A stretch of 64,000 nucleotides of DNA from a virus. The translations under genes and the position numbers were made by a program. Positions 36,232 to 45,303 of this stretch are shown piece after piece; position 1 is the stretch's first letter; each line of letters opens with the position of its first letter. The stretch lies in the IMG/VR virus record IMGVR_UViG_3300035698_012408; one strand, given 5' to 3'. A model generated the notes under the pieces. The model saw only the letters and a program-made list of their open reading frames with translations. It ran no database searches and was not told the DNA's origin.

Positions 36232-37570
36232 TTGCCTTGACTTCCACGTTGATGACACCGTCAGGTGTCGTGAAATTGTAGGTACCGATAATATTCTCGC
36301 GGGGCGGAAGCTCCGCTACCGGATGCTCCATGTCCTCGCCACGAATGACGAACGGATCAACGTAAGGACCCTGCTCGCCATTCACCACGTCGATACGTGC
36401 CATCAGCCCTTCCGCGACGGGCACGGAGAACGGATAGATTGCATCGCCAATCGCGACATTACCCATCGGTTGCCCTTTCACGGCAAGTGCCGACATGACC
36501 GACTGGTACTCGGCTTTACGGATCGTGATCGATCCAACACCGATCTCCGCCAACGCTGCACCTTCCGGCGTCTCGGGCGGTGTCGGCAACGAGTCGTCGA
36601 TCACCTCGAACTTCTGGATACCGAGCCCCTGCATCTGCTCGCCGGTGTCGGTTGTGAAGTCCACATAACTCTTGCCAGCCGCATCAGGCGCGGTGATGGC
36701 GTCCACGACGCCGCGAAACTGCCGCTCGTTTGGGCCGTCATACCGCACACGTTGCCCGGCTGCGGACGGTCGAACCGCGTTCGCCGCTTTCTTCTTCCCT
36801 CCGCCGCCGCCAGTCTTGCCCGTCCGTGGCGCTCTGGGCGCCGGCTCCTCCTTGAACGCACCAGCAAGGAATTGCTCCTTCATGGCGTCATTCACGAGGA
36901 ACTCCTGCAACGTCATGGGCACGGGCGTATTCTGACTCTCCGCCTCGCGGATGATGTCAATATACAACGCCGTGTACTCGACCACCTCCTTGGCCGACCA
37001 CTGGTGACAGCTTTGCTCCTCTGCCGCCTTCTTCGTGCGGGGCAGCAGTGCCTTGAGCGCGTCGTTCGGGTGCTTGAGGTTCTCGCCGTCGAAGTCCGCG
37101 ATCGTCGCGTACAACGTCAAGAACGTCTCGAACGGCAGCGTGGGCGTCAGCTGACGCATCCACAGGTAGTCGACGACGAGCTTGATACGCTCACCGTCAC
37201 CCTTGTACCGCTCACAGCCGCCCTGTTTCGGGAATTCCCGGAGACATTGCAGGATCGACGGCTTCTCGTCCGCGATGGCCGCGTGTTGCTCCGCCACGGT
37301 CGTCTGCTCCGCCAGCCCGGCCTGCTGCACCTGAACCGGTGGAACGGACGTAGGCTGCGGCGGCACGACAGCCGCCACGGGGCCTGTAGGCGCCGGGGTC
37401 GGCGGCGGGGCCGTCGGCATCGGTGGAACCTGCGTCGGCCCGGAACCGGCCACTGGCGACCGCGCCGGCGGCTGTGCCGGCGGTTGGGCCGGCGGCTGCG
37501 CTGGGGGCTGCTGCCCTGGTGCCGTCTGAGTCTGCGGGGGTACGCCCCAATTCGCTTGATGCTGCGTCAT
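36224..37570 (-). CDS. hypothetical protein, Pro/Gln-rich N-terminus (PPAQ repeats)
   Basis: 448 aa. AAGGAG lies upstream of the ATG. Translationally coupled to hldE. Confidence 0.65.
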   Translation of the reverse strand: MTQHQANWGVPPQTQTAPGQQPPAQPPAQPPAQPPARSPVAGSGPTQVPPMPTAPPPTPAPTGPVAAVVPPQPTSVPPVQVQQAGLAEQTTVAEQHAAIADEKPSILQCLREFPKQGGCERYKGDGERIKLVVDYLWMRQLTPTLPFETFLTLYATIADFDGENLKHPNDALKALLPRTKKAAEEQSCHQWSAKEVVEYTALYIDIIREAESQNTPVPMTLQEFLVNDAMKEQFLAGAFKEEPAPRAPRTGKTGGGGGKKKAANAVRPSAAGQRVRYDGPNERQFRGVVDAITAPDAAGKSYVDFTTDTGEQMQGLGIQKFEVIDDSLPTPPETPEGAALAEIGVGSITIRKAEYQSVMSALAVKGQPMGNVAIGDAIYPFSVPVAEGLMARIDVVNGEQGPYVDPFVIRGEDMEHPVAELPPRENIIGTYNFTTPDGVINVEVKANE

Positions 37571-37661
37571 TCTAAATTTCTCCTTCAGTTGTCATCGTCG
37601 GAAACGATGGCCTTCCAAAATAAAGTAAGGTACAGTAAGTTTCTGAGTCCTATCAATTTTT

Positions 37662-38618
37662 CTATATCGGCTGCTCGTTCGTCTGCTTGCGACGACGTAA
37701 CGCCCCGAAGTCCGCCTGTAATCGCATACGGTAGGTGCGTCTCGCGTCCAACCACTGTAGCGTGCGATCAACGTCGCCACGCAGCAACAGAACTGGATAC
37801 CGGCAAACACGCGCTACCGCCCCAAATATTGCCGCCCGCGTGGGGCACTCATGCCGGGTCACCTTGCCGTGTATAATGTCTTCGGGTGTCGGGTAATCTG
37901 CCAGCACCTTGTATAACCGACGATGACATACCCGCCAGCCCCGCGGCACTGGTTCTACAGTCGTCAACGAAAACGCGCCATGATGCTCCACCCTGCGAAA
38001 TATTGCTGCTTTCCGCCGTGATACCAAATCCTTCATATAGACGCCGATCCACTTTGCTTCACTCCATTGAGGCGAGAATGTTTCTGGAACCGTCGAAACG
38101 TACGTCGTGTGCTTCTGCTCAATCAGATGAAACGGGAAAACAGTATCGTCTATCTCATCTAACTGAATTGCCCGCAAATTGCGACCATCGCAGTGCGCGA
38201 CCACCGCATCCACCTGAGCCTGTAAACCTCTCCGTGTGTTATGAAATAGTGAATCCACACCCAGCCATACCTTACGCGCAGACCGGGCCCAGCAAAACGG
38301 ACACAAGTCATTAAGTCGACAAGACCGTGTGAGTGGTTTGACCGCTACAAACGTAGGCATGCAATTTCTGCAATATCCGACAGCGTGCGGGTTCGCCGTG
38401 CCATGCGGTGTCCAACCTAACGCCGCCAACGCCCCCAACCGTGCCCGCCACACAGCCACGAGCTGTTGAGTCTTCTTCCGAATCGACGCCTGCGCTCTCA
38501 CCTGCGTCGACCCCTTGGCGGGGCCCACCAACGGATAAAGCACCGTGGCCCGCTGAATCGCATCAACGAGTCGCATCGGTACAAATCCGTTAATGGAGAA
38601 TCTCGTATCACTTATCAT
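37662..38618 (-). CDS. hypothetical protein with CRLNDLCPFCWARSARK motif
   Basis: 318 aa. The Cys motif resembles the C..R.CP.C.WRR..K element of Rep_1-type rolling-circle initiators, but I cannot see a convincing HUH/Tyr motif. Confidence 0.6.
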   Translation of the reverse strand: MISDTRFSINGFVPMRLVDAIQRATVLYPLVGPAKGSTQVRAQASIRKKTQQLVAVWRARLGALAALGWTPHGTANPHAVGYCRNCMPTFVAVKPLTRSCRLNDLCPFCWARSARKVWLGVDSLFHNTRRGLQAQVDAVVAHCDGRNLRAIQLDEIDDTVFPFHLIEQKHTTYVSTVPETFSPQWSEAKWIGVYMKDLVSRRKAAIFRRVEHHGAFSLTTVEPVPRGWRVCHRRLYKVLADYPTPEDIIHGKVTRHECPTRAAIFGAVARVCRYPVLLLRGDVDRTLQWLDARRTYRMRLQADFGALRRRKQTNEQPI

Positions 38619-38627
38619 CAGAATGTC

Positions 38628-38909
38628 CTAACCTTCTGCGGCCACCTGGAGTTCGCGGATACGCTCGGCGACGGCATGGAGCTGCTGCTCCGCAGAGCAG
38701 CAACGACCCGCAAGCTCATTCATGCCACAGTCATCGTCCTTGTCGCACAGTTCGCGGCACAGGAACAGAAACAACGTATCACCAATACCGCCCGACTCTG
38801 CGTCCGCCGCTTCGATGTCTGCAAGCGTTGTACCACCACCCACACTGATCGGAATCAGGTCCGCCCCAGGGTAGGCGTCGTAAAGCTGTTTAATTGTCAA
38901 CATGCTCAT
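38628..38909 (-). CDS. hypothetical small protein
   Basis: 93 aa, ATGA coupling. Confidence 0.55.
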   Translation of the reverse strand: MSMLTIKQLYDAYPGADLIPISVGGGTTLADIEAADAESGGIGDTLFLFLCRELCDKDDDCGMNELAGRCCSAEQQLHAVAERIRELQVAAEG

Positions 38910-39280
38910 TCGCCGCGAAGCGGCCCTCCTTTATGTTCAATTGCCACGCCAAACCACGCTACCAGCGTAGAGCGCATCTGCTCTATTGTCTCGTAATCAA
39001 AACGATGCGAACTGTAACAAACACCGTCCCCGTGAAACCGAAGACGCATATAATACAAGCCACGATCGATGTCCTTGGTAATGTCCAGCATCTCAAAACG
39101 CCGTAACTTAGCCGTCGACATACCGAGATCAAACAACGGCATGTAGATCACGTCAAGACAATCAAAGATATTCGGCGGCTTCCAGGGATGCGGTGATGGT
39201 TCTGCTATCTCCACCGCCGACATATCCTCCCGGTCCACGGCAATAACGCGTTCACGTTGCGAGTTGGTACCTAATGCCAT
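38906..39280 (-). CDS. hypothetical protein, paralogue of 39280..39675
   Basis: Shares RERVI.VD...P.P..W....IF...L..F...YY..LR with the adjacent gene. TAATG coupling. Confidence 0.6.
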   Translation of the reverse strand: MALGTNSQRERVIAVDREDMSAVEIAEPSPHPWKPPNIFDCLDVIYMPLFDLGMSTAKLRRFEMLDITKDIDRGLYYMRLRFHGDGVCYSSHRFDYETIEQMRSTLVAWFGVAIEHKGGPLRGE

Positions 39281-39675
39281 TACACACTCCTTGCATAAAG
39301 ACCCCCGCGGGCATCCAGGATTCCGTTAAGTAGTATCACGAGACCGGCTTTGATTTCCTCGGCTTCTTCACGTGTTTCCACGTCATGATCCGATGACCAC
39401 GTCATGCAGCCTTCGCCACTCCGCTCGTCCCAGCAACGAAGCTGGACATAGTACGTATTCGCGTGGACACAGTGCTGGAAAACCGAAAATGTATCGAACA
39501 GTTTAAGCCGTTCGATCGAAAACCCGTGAGCGAACCCGGGCAGCTCAAAAATATGCGTATTCGCCCAATTTCTTGTTGGTGGTTCAGGATTATCCTCAAC
39601 CGCTGGGGCGTCCACGTCAATCACCCGCTCCCGTTTATCGGTCTGCCGGGTCGTTTCCCGTTTCTTCTTTGCCAT
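39280..39675 (-). CDS. hypothetical protein, paralogue of 38906..39280
   Basis: Starts MAKKKRETTRQTDKRERVIDVD... See the paralogue entry. Confidence 0.6.
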   Translation of the reverse strand: MAKKKRETTRQTDKRERVIDVDAPAVEDNPEPPTRNWANTHIFELPGFAHGFSIERLKLFDTFSVFQHCVHANTYYVQLRCWDERSGEGCMTWSSDHDVETREEAEEIKAGLVILLNGILDARGGLYARSV

Positions 39676-40129
39676 CGTCGCTATCCTGCCGATTCGTTTC
39701 GGCTGCTTTGGTCAGCGGAATAATATGCGTGGGGTCATCGCTATTGATGTCCGCCCACACGATAAGCCGGATCTCGCCATCCCAGACCTCCAGCATAACA
39801 GGTCGACCCTGCCCTGGGTACGCTTGCGGTTCGCCGAGACCTTCGACACCCAGGTAAATGCTTCCACTCACCTGCTCGATGATCACATCACGATGCGACG
39901 CCCGCTCCGCCTTGGGGCAGCTGCACACAGTCTTGATCGCCATCGTAACAGCTTCAGTAGCCTGCTCGCAAGCCTCCATCCCCTCCGGGACCCGTGTGTC
40001 GCTACGGGCCTCGGTGAGGATCTCTCCGATGTCCACGGCGCTGAACTGTTTGAACGCCGTATAATCGTTGGATCTCCCAGGCCGCTTAGCCAGCAGCTCC
40101 AGTAATTTCTTCCCAGTTGACACTGTCAT
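39635..40129 (-). CDS. hypothetical protein
   Basis: 164 aa with an ATG start. Confidence 0.55.
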   Translation of the reverse strand: MTVSTGKKLLELLAKRPGRSNDYTAFKQFSAVDIGEILTEARSDTRVPEGMEACEQATEAVTMAIKTVCSCPKAERASHRDVIIEQVSGSIYLGVEGLGEPQAYPGQGRPVMLEVWDGEIRLIVWADINSDDPTHIIPLTKAAETNRQDSDDGKEETGNDPADR

Positions 40130-40593
40130 GCCTCCTGTTTATCAAGGTTAATCGACCGTAAGGGCCCCCGCTCGACTTCGGCACTTTCCATGTTGGTCAG
40201 TGCCTCCGTCAGTTCGTGTAACTCTTTCCGAAGCTCGTACTCGGACGGTGGGTCTTCCGCCAGGATGTCACGAAACGCTAGACGCTTCGCGTCATCGATA
40301 TTGGCCCTGCCGAGTATAACCCGGCAGGCAAGTATGCGCCAGTTCAACTGCTGACGCTGCGCGATGTCAACGTGTCGCTCCATCACTTCATACTCATCCT
40401 CCATGACCTCGATCTGTGTCAGGCCACCCTTAACAAGGTGCAGCCCTGCACTGTAATGAGCTGACTGCTGCAACACCTGCTCGCGTACGGCAGGTGGTGC
40501 AGACGTCGCCAGTCTCGCTGTCGCTTCCATCTCATAATCAAAGAGTTCAACAGCCTTTTTCAGGCCCGCTTTGATAATCGACGTGTGCTCCAC
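40126..40593 (-). CDS. hypothetical protein
   Basis: GTG at 40593 coupled to the upstream stop (TAGTG). The longest ORF starts at the GTG at 40632. Confidence 0.5.
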   Translation of the reverse strand: MEHTSIIKAGLKKAVELFDYEMEATARLATSAPPAVREQVLQQSAHYSAGLHLVKGGLTQIEVMEDEYEVMERHVDIAQRQQLNWRILACRVILGRANIDDAKRLAFRDILAEDPPSEYELRKELHELTEALTNMESAEVERGPLRSINLDKQEA

Positions 40594-41303
40594 TAGAGCT
40601 GAAGCTCTTGGATAGCCTTCAGCGTGTTCCACGGCATCAGCTTCTCGGGCTTGGTCTTACCGTTAGCCGGAATGAACGCAACACCGGCGCCCGCCACCCG
40701 GAGCGTGCCAATCATGCGACCGTCCTGTGTGAGCTTGAGCTCCGCACCGCCTTCGGGCAGTTCGATGCCGAGATGCACCTTAGGCAGCGCATCATTGTCC
40801 CGCAGAAGCCTGCGAACAGACGCCTTGAGCGATCGCGGATTTTCCGGCCTTACCGCAGGTACCGAGAACTTCTTCTCTTTCTGATCCCGCAGCACCTTCT
40901 GCACGTAGGTCACCGTGCATTGTGCCTCCAGCGAAAGCTGCGTCGGCGTCTTGTCAGGGTAACGCTCGGTGGTCCACAGGATCAGACGCTTCTTGCCGCC
41001 GTTTCGTCCATTCACGGGCGGGGACACGGGCGGGGTGGTGATCGTCGTCTTCCGCACCAACGGCTTGCGAGGTCTCAACGCACGCAGTATCTTGTTGACG
41101 TACGAGCGGTCGCAGCCAACCTTGAACGCGATGTCGTCCTGATCGAGGTCTGGAAACTTCGTCGCCAGTCGCTCGATCGCTTCACGCTTGCAGCCGCGGG
41201 GCTTGCCCGACAAGCTGACCTTCTTCGCCACTTTGCGTTTCGGCACCTTCTTTTTCTTCCTCGGAAGTGCGGTCTTACTACTTCTCGTCTTTACTCTTGC
41301 CAT
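40593..41303 (-). CDS. putative DNA-binding protein with two HTH-like internal repeats and basic N-terminus
   Basis: Internal repeat: KREAIERLATKFPDLDQDDIAFKVGCDRSYVNKILR and KRLILWTTERYPDKTPTQLSLEAQCTVTYVQKVLR. Confidence 0.55.
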   Translation of the reverse strand: MARVKTRSSKTALPRKKKKVPKRKVAKKVSLSGKPRGCKREAIERLATKFPDLDQDDIAFKVGCDRSYVNKILRALRPRKPLVRKTTITTPPVSPPVNGRNGGKKRLILWTTERYPDKTPTQLSLEAQCTVTYVQKVLRDQKEKKFSVPAVRPENPRSLKASVRRLLRDNDALPKVHLGIELPEGGAELKLTQDGRMIGTLRVAGAGVAFIPANGKTKPEKLMPWNTLKAIQELQL

Positions 41304-41340
41304 GTCAAAATCCTCACATAAACTTGTTTTGATTCTACGC

Positions 41341-41862
41341 TTAGGTAAGCCGCTCGAACATCTCGGTGAACGCCTTACGGCGGACAGCGGTAGCCGCAGT
41401 CACGCGACCTTGCTCTTGTAAGCCGGCCCAGAAGACGCGATAAGTAACCGCGTCTCTGTCGGGGTGTTCGCCCATTTGAGCTATGACGGCGTAACGACTA
41501 CGCCGGTCAGCCTCTTCAGCGTCAAGGTGTGTATCATGGTAAGCACAACCAAACGGTGAAACCGGGTGGATCGTGCAATGCGCGTCAGCGTCAAGAAAGA
41601 CACAACTGCCGTCTTCTCGCTGAGCTGGTACAAGCGTAGGTACAGAAAACTGCACAATACCCTGGGGCGTGCGTTCCGCCACAATGGCACCCGACGACGC
41701 AAGGAAATGACTGACGAGCCACTCCCACGGGTCTGCCGGTTTAACGTATTCAAGTATGCGTTCGACGTCACCCGGGATCAAACACCCCGGCATCGTCTTG
41801 CATCCAACAGTGCAATGTTTACAATCGCACGTTGTTCGAGCGAATGGTGGGAGTTCGCTCAT
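41341..41862 (-). CDS. YkgJ-family Zn/Fe-chelating domain protein (CxxCxxCC type)
   Basis: CDCKHCTVGC ... GSCVFLDADAHCTIHPVSPFGC. Confidence 0.6.
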   Translation of the reverse strand: MSELPPFARTTCDCKHCTVGCKTMPGCLIPGDVERILEYVKPADPWEWLVSHFLASSGAIVAERTPQGIVQFSVPTLVPAQREDGSCVFLDADAHCTIHPVSPFGCAYHDTHLDAEEADRRSRYAVIAQMGEHPDRDAVTYRVFWAGLQEQGRVTAATAVRRKAFTEMFERLT

Positions 41863-42386
41863 CTCTCTTCCTTTTTAACCACGACGTTGACCTTGAAGTC
41901 TTCGCCCTTCATAACCTGGATTGACTTCTTCACTGCCGCCGCCATTGCTGGCAAAGGCACTACGACGGTGTCGCCGGACTTCACGAGCTTCGTGATCTCG
42001 GCCGTGCGACCTGCCCACCCCGTCAGCGGAATGACATATTGCCTCGCCGTCCCGTCCTCGGTATCCGCCCCTAGTGACATATCACCACCAATAGCCTCCG
42101 CCGTCAGCGAGTATAACTTCACACGGCGTTTGGCTTCTGCGTGCCACACGCGCGGCGGGTCAAAGTACATAACCGCGTCACTAATCGTGCTGAGAAATCC
42201 AACTTCGTCACCGTCGTGGTTGAAGAAATGGATGATCTCCGTAAACTCTACTGGGATGATTTCCCTGGTCCACCAGTCTCGCTGGCAGCCGTTGTCGCGA
42301 AACACCATGTGCCCGGCGGTGGCAGCCCCTTGGCTTATCAGCGCACGAATATGGGCAATCGGAAACGCCTTGAGAACATCAAGCAT
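41859..42386 (-). CDS. hypothetical protein
   Basis: Trimmed to the ATG at 42386 with GGGAGG 7 nt upstream. The longest ORF starts at the GTG at 42440. Confidence 0.55.
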   Translation of the reverse strand: MLDVLKAFPIAHIRALISQGAATAGHMVFRDNGCQRDWWTREIIPVEFTEIIHFFNHDGDEVGFLSTISDAVMYFDPPRVWHAEAKRRVKLYSLTAEAIGGDMSLGADTEDGTARQYVIPLTGWAGRTAEITKLVKSGDTVVVPLPAMAAAVKKSIQVMKGEDFKVNVVVKKEER

Positions 42387-42446
42387 GGAGTTGCCTCCCT
42401 GACTACACAGCAAGCCGGAGTTATCCGGCTTGCTGCTCACTGCTAT

Positions 42447-44426
42447 TTACTTAACGGGACACGTCCCGCCGGAGCACTCCCCGGCAGATACATCGTAGAT
42501 CCCGTGAAGCTCACTCCAATCAACGGAGCCGAGCTTGGACTGATACGACCGGAATTCATCCTCGTTCACAACGTCCTGCGGCAGATACTTGAATCCAAGA
42601 TCGGCAGCACTCTTCGTCGCGTCAATGCGTGTCATCCAGCTAACACCCACGAAGTCTTCCCAATACTTGTAAAGCCAATCCACAATGTCGTCGAGCTCTG
42701 AGATGTCCCAGCTGACTGTGATACTGGTATTATGATCGGTCCACAACGTGTTCCAACGACGGTACTTATTAAGCTGCTGTACTGCCGTCTCCTGGTTGAC
42801 CCACTTATCCTCAAACTTGCTGAACCGCACACCCTGCCACTCCACGGGGAAGCAGATAAGAGTGCTATCATCCTCGGTCGGATGAGGAATCACGGTGTAA
42901 CCGGAAGCGGCGAGGATTTTAATAATCGGATCGAGGTTATTGAACGAGACCCAGTTGAAGATGAACTTGCCCGGAGGCGTGTGAATACCTTCGGTAACAT
43001 CGATACACTTCGAGCCGGTACCCTCCGGCTTGAGCGTGGTCACCAGCTTCGGCCGAGGCAACCCGAGTTCGTCGGCCATCGAATACGTGCCGGCGATCGC
43101 GGTATTCCGCATCGTCTTGATCTGGTAGTCGGTCAGCCACGGTGCCTGAGCCAATCCGGTGAGTGACACGCCGCAAAGCCGCAAGGCTTCGTTCGTTTGA
43201 TGCCACTCGGACGACAGGACGTTGTCTTCTAATTCGACACACGTCTGCCGGTAATTGGCCCGAGACATGATATGCAGTGCCCGCAGGAGTCCCGCGAAAT
43301 TATCACGGAACTTAGGAACCGCTGTGGTGACAAGATTGCAGAACCCATTCGGCGGCAATAGTATCTCGCCACAGGGGTTCACGCCATCAAACCACGGAGC
43401 CCGCCGCCTCGCGGCAGCGCCATTGACGAAACCGGGCTCGCTACCGCCACACTCCCAGATCATCTCCATGATGTCCCGGATTTGTCGCTTCGTAGGTTTG
43501 CTCCAGAACGTCAGCGAGTTATTGCTCTGCTGCCGATGCTCCTGATCATATAGGAACCAGTCCTTCTTCGCTCTCGCGAACTGCTCCCATCGCGGGTGAC
43601 CCCAGTCCATCAGTGAAATCTGGGCAGACCGCCTGCTGGATAGCACTGTGCCAAGATGGTTGACAATGTCCAACAGATCGATCTCGTCGAGAAGGTCACC
43701 AGCCTTGGAGTTCATGATCTTGATGATCGCCCGGAATGCCACTTCAAGGGGTTTGGACCCGTTACAAATCCAGCCGTAACCCTTGAGACGCTTGCCGGGG
43801 CCACGAACATCGCTGAAGTCCAGCGTGAGCTGCCGAATGGCGTGACGCGGCGGATTGACGAGCTTACCGAGGGCTTTTGCCCACGCTTCAGCACTGTCGC
43901 CGATACGTATCGTCCAATACCAGCCATCCTCCTGATGCTCACATTCCTCTTCGTTCGCGGGATTACCGTGATAGTCAGCTGGCCGTTCGGACGAGATGAT
44001 CTTCACATCCGTGATCGGACGCAGGAAACCATGCAACGTGCCGGCGACTGGCCGAAAACCTACACCGCAACCGTTCAACAACAACCAGAAGGTGTCGACG
44101 AACTGATACACCGTCTGAGCACGTGTGTAAGCGCAGTTAAACTGCGAGCAGGCTCGGTCTTTTCCGTACGGGGTGCCTCCGAGCCAGAGAGTCCGGCCAG
44201 CCACAAGGGCTTGGCGGGATGTTACGAGCTGCTGAAGTTCCTTCAACTCGTCGAGATTAGGAGTGCAGCCGTTGGTGTTCGCTGACTCCCATAAATGGAG
44301 ATGATGATCGTAGGTAGCCCGTTTCGCGGTAACTTCCCACGTCTCCAGTTGGTTGCCCTCTTCATCCAAGGGCCTATTGTATGTTCTGCGTGTGATCGCT
44401 TCAGCGCGTGCAGATGGATCTGCCAT
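42447..44426 (-). CDS. nrdJ: ribonucleotide reductase, class II (adenosylcobalamin-dependent, NrdJ-like)
   Basis: Active-site NPCGEILLP, FNCAY...LLNGCGVGF, and a C-terminal redox tail CSGGTCPVK. Single 659-aa chain with no beta-subunit gene nearby. Confidence 0.8.
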   Translation of the reverse strand: MADPSARAEAITRRTYNRPLDEEGNQLETWEVTAKRATYDHHLHLWESANTNGCTPNLDELKELQQLVTSRQALVAGRTLWLGGTPYGKDRACSQFNCAYTRAQTVYQFVDTFWLLLNGCGVGFRPVAGTLHGFLRPITDVKIISSERPADYHGNPANEEECEHQEDGWYWTIRIGDSAEAWAKALGKLVNPPRHAIRQLTLDFSDVRGPGKRLKGYGWICNGSKPLEVAFRAIIKIMNSKAGDLLDEIDLLDIVNHLGTVLSSRRSAQISLMDWGHPRWEQFARAKKDWFLYDQEHRQQSNNSLTFWSKPTKRQIRDIMEMIWECGGSEPGFVNGAAARRRAPWFDGVNPCGEILLPPNGFCNLVTTAVPKFRDNFAGLLRALHIMSRANYRQTCVELEDNVLSSEWHQTNEALRLCGVSLTGLAQAPWLTDYQIKTMRNTAIAGTYSMADELGLPRPKLVTTLKPEGTGSKCIDVTEGIHTPPGKFIFNWVSFNNLDPIIKILAASGYTVIPHPTEDDSTLICFPVEWQGVRFSKFEDKWVNQETAVQQLNKYRRWNTLWTDHNTSITVSWDISELDDIVDWLYKYWEDFVGVSWMTRIDATKSAADLGFKYLPQDVVNEDEFRSYQSKLGSVDWSELHGIYDVSAGECSGGTCPVK

Positions 44427-44549
44427 TACCTGACCTCCACGGTACGAAACGCGGCCGGCGCGAACCGGTCGCTAGTATGATGATAAAGTTCCTATAAGTT
44501 GGGCACGTGCTTCGATTATAACAGCCACACGATCGGGAGAGAAGCCCGA

Positions 44550-44780
44550 CTAGCCAGAAGCCTTGCCGCCGCACGCCATCAGGAACTCATAAAGTCGCTT
44601 CCGCCCACGAATTGGGTCTGAAAGTAGATCTGCCGAATCTTCGTAAAATATCTGCTTGCCGTCTTGGCTCTCCACGGACAGCCAATCGCCAGCAGGCAAA
44701 GCATCAGGATCATCCCCGTCACTCCACCCACTAACAATGACGTTACCGTTTTCCAGCCGCAGCTCAAAAGGGGATGTCAT
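44550..44780 (-). CDS. hypothetical small protein
   Basis: 76 aa. AGGAGA upstream. Confidence 0.55.
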   Translation of the reverse strand: MTSPFELRLENGNVIVSGWSDGDDPDALPAGDWLSVESQDGKQIFYEDSADLLSDPIRGRKRLYEFLMACGGKASG

Positions 44781-45303
44781 TTTCTCCTATTCCTTCCTCG
44801 GGTACGTCAACCTGCACGCTCCGTTTCTGCCGCGTCTCAAAGGACACTTCAGGGTTTTGCCGCCGCTCCCACATGTCAGTAACCCTGACAAACTCCGCGC
44901 GCATGCCGTCAAGTATGTCACGAGCCGGCTCCAAATCCAGCCCTTGGTAATTAGTACCGGGAATTGTTGACAGAATATCCATATCCGCGGCAGACTCGAT
45001 CGCGTGCTCCAGCGTTTCGATCTTCGTACGCAGCACCGCGAGCGTCACCCACGGAAGCCCGAGAGCTGGCCCAGATACCAACTGTACCGAGGCGAGATCG
45101 TGCTCGAAGACGATGGCATCCCAGGATTCTTCCCCGAATAGCTTACACGCCTCCCAATCCTCGATCTCGCAAAGCTCCATACAGTTGGCCACAAGAGCCT
45201 CGAACGGCGAAATAGCCTCGTATAGCCGACCTGTCAACGAATCAACGCCGCGCTCGATATACTGCGAGGCTATCGCGAATTTGCGTAATTGCTTGGTAGT
45301 CAT
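44764..45303 (-). CDS. hypothetical protein
   Basis: Trimmed to the ATGA-coupled ATG at 45303. Confidence 0.55.
   Translation of the reverse strand: MTTKQLRKFAIASQYIERGVDSLTGRLYEAISPFEALVANCMELCEIEDWEACKLFGEESWDAIVFEHDLASVQLVSGPALGLPWVTLAVLRTKIETLEHAIESAADMDILSTIPGTNYQGLDLEPARDILDGMRAEFVRVTDMWERRQNPEVSFETRQKRSVQVDVPEEGIGENDIPF

Noticed and set aside
35299-37876. Long plus-strand ORFs 35299..36240 (313 aa) and 35915..37876 (653 aa)
   Set aside because: They run antisense to hldE, whose motifs are unambiguous on the minus strand, and to the coupled upstream gene. Their translations are Arg-rich runs (RRRGRRRGRR...) with no start signals.
44515-44523. Extended -10-like TGTTATAAT (minus strand) about 90 nt upstream of nrdJ
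   Set aside because: There is no acceptable -35 and no second line of evidence. A single hexamer match in a 120-bp gap is too weak to list as a feature.
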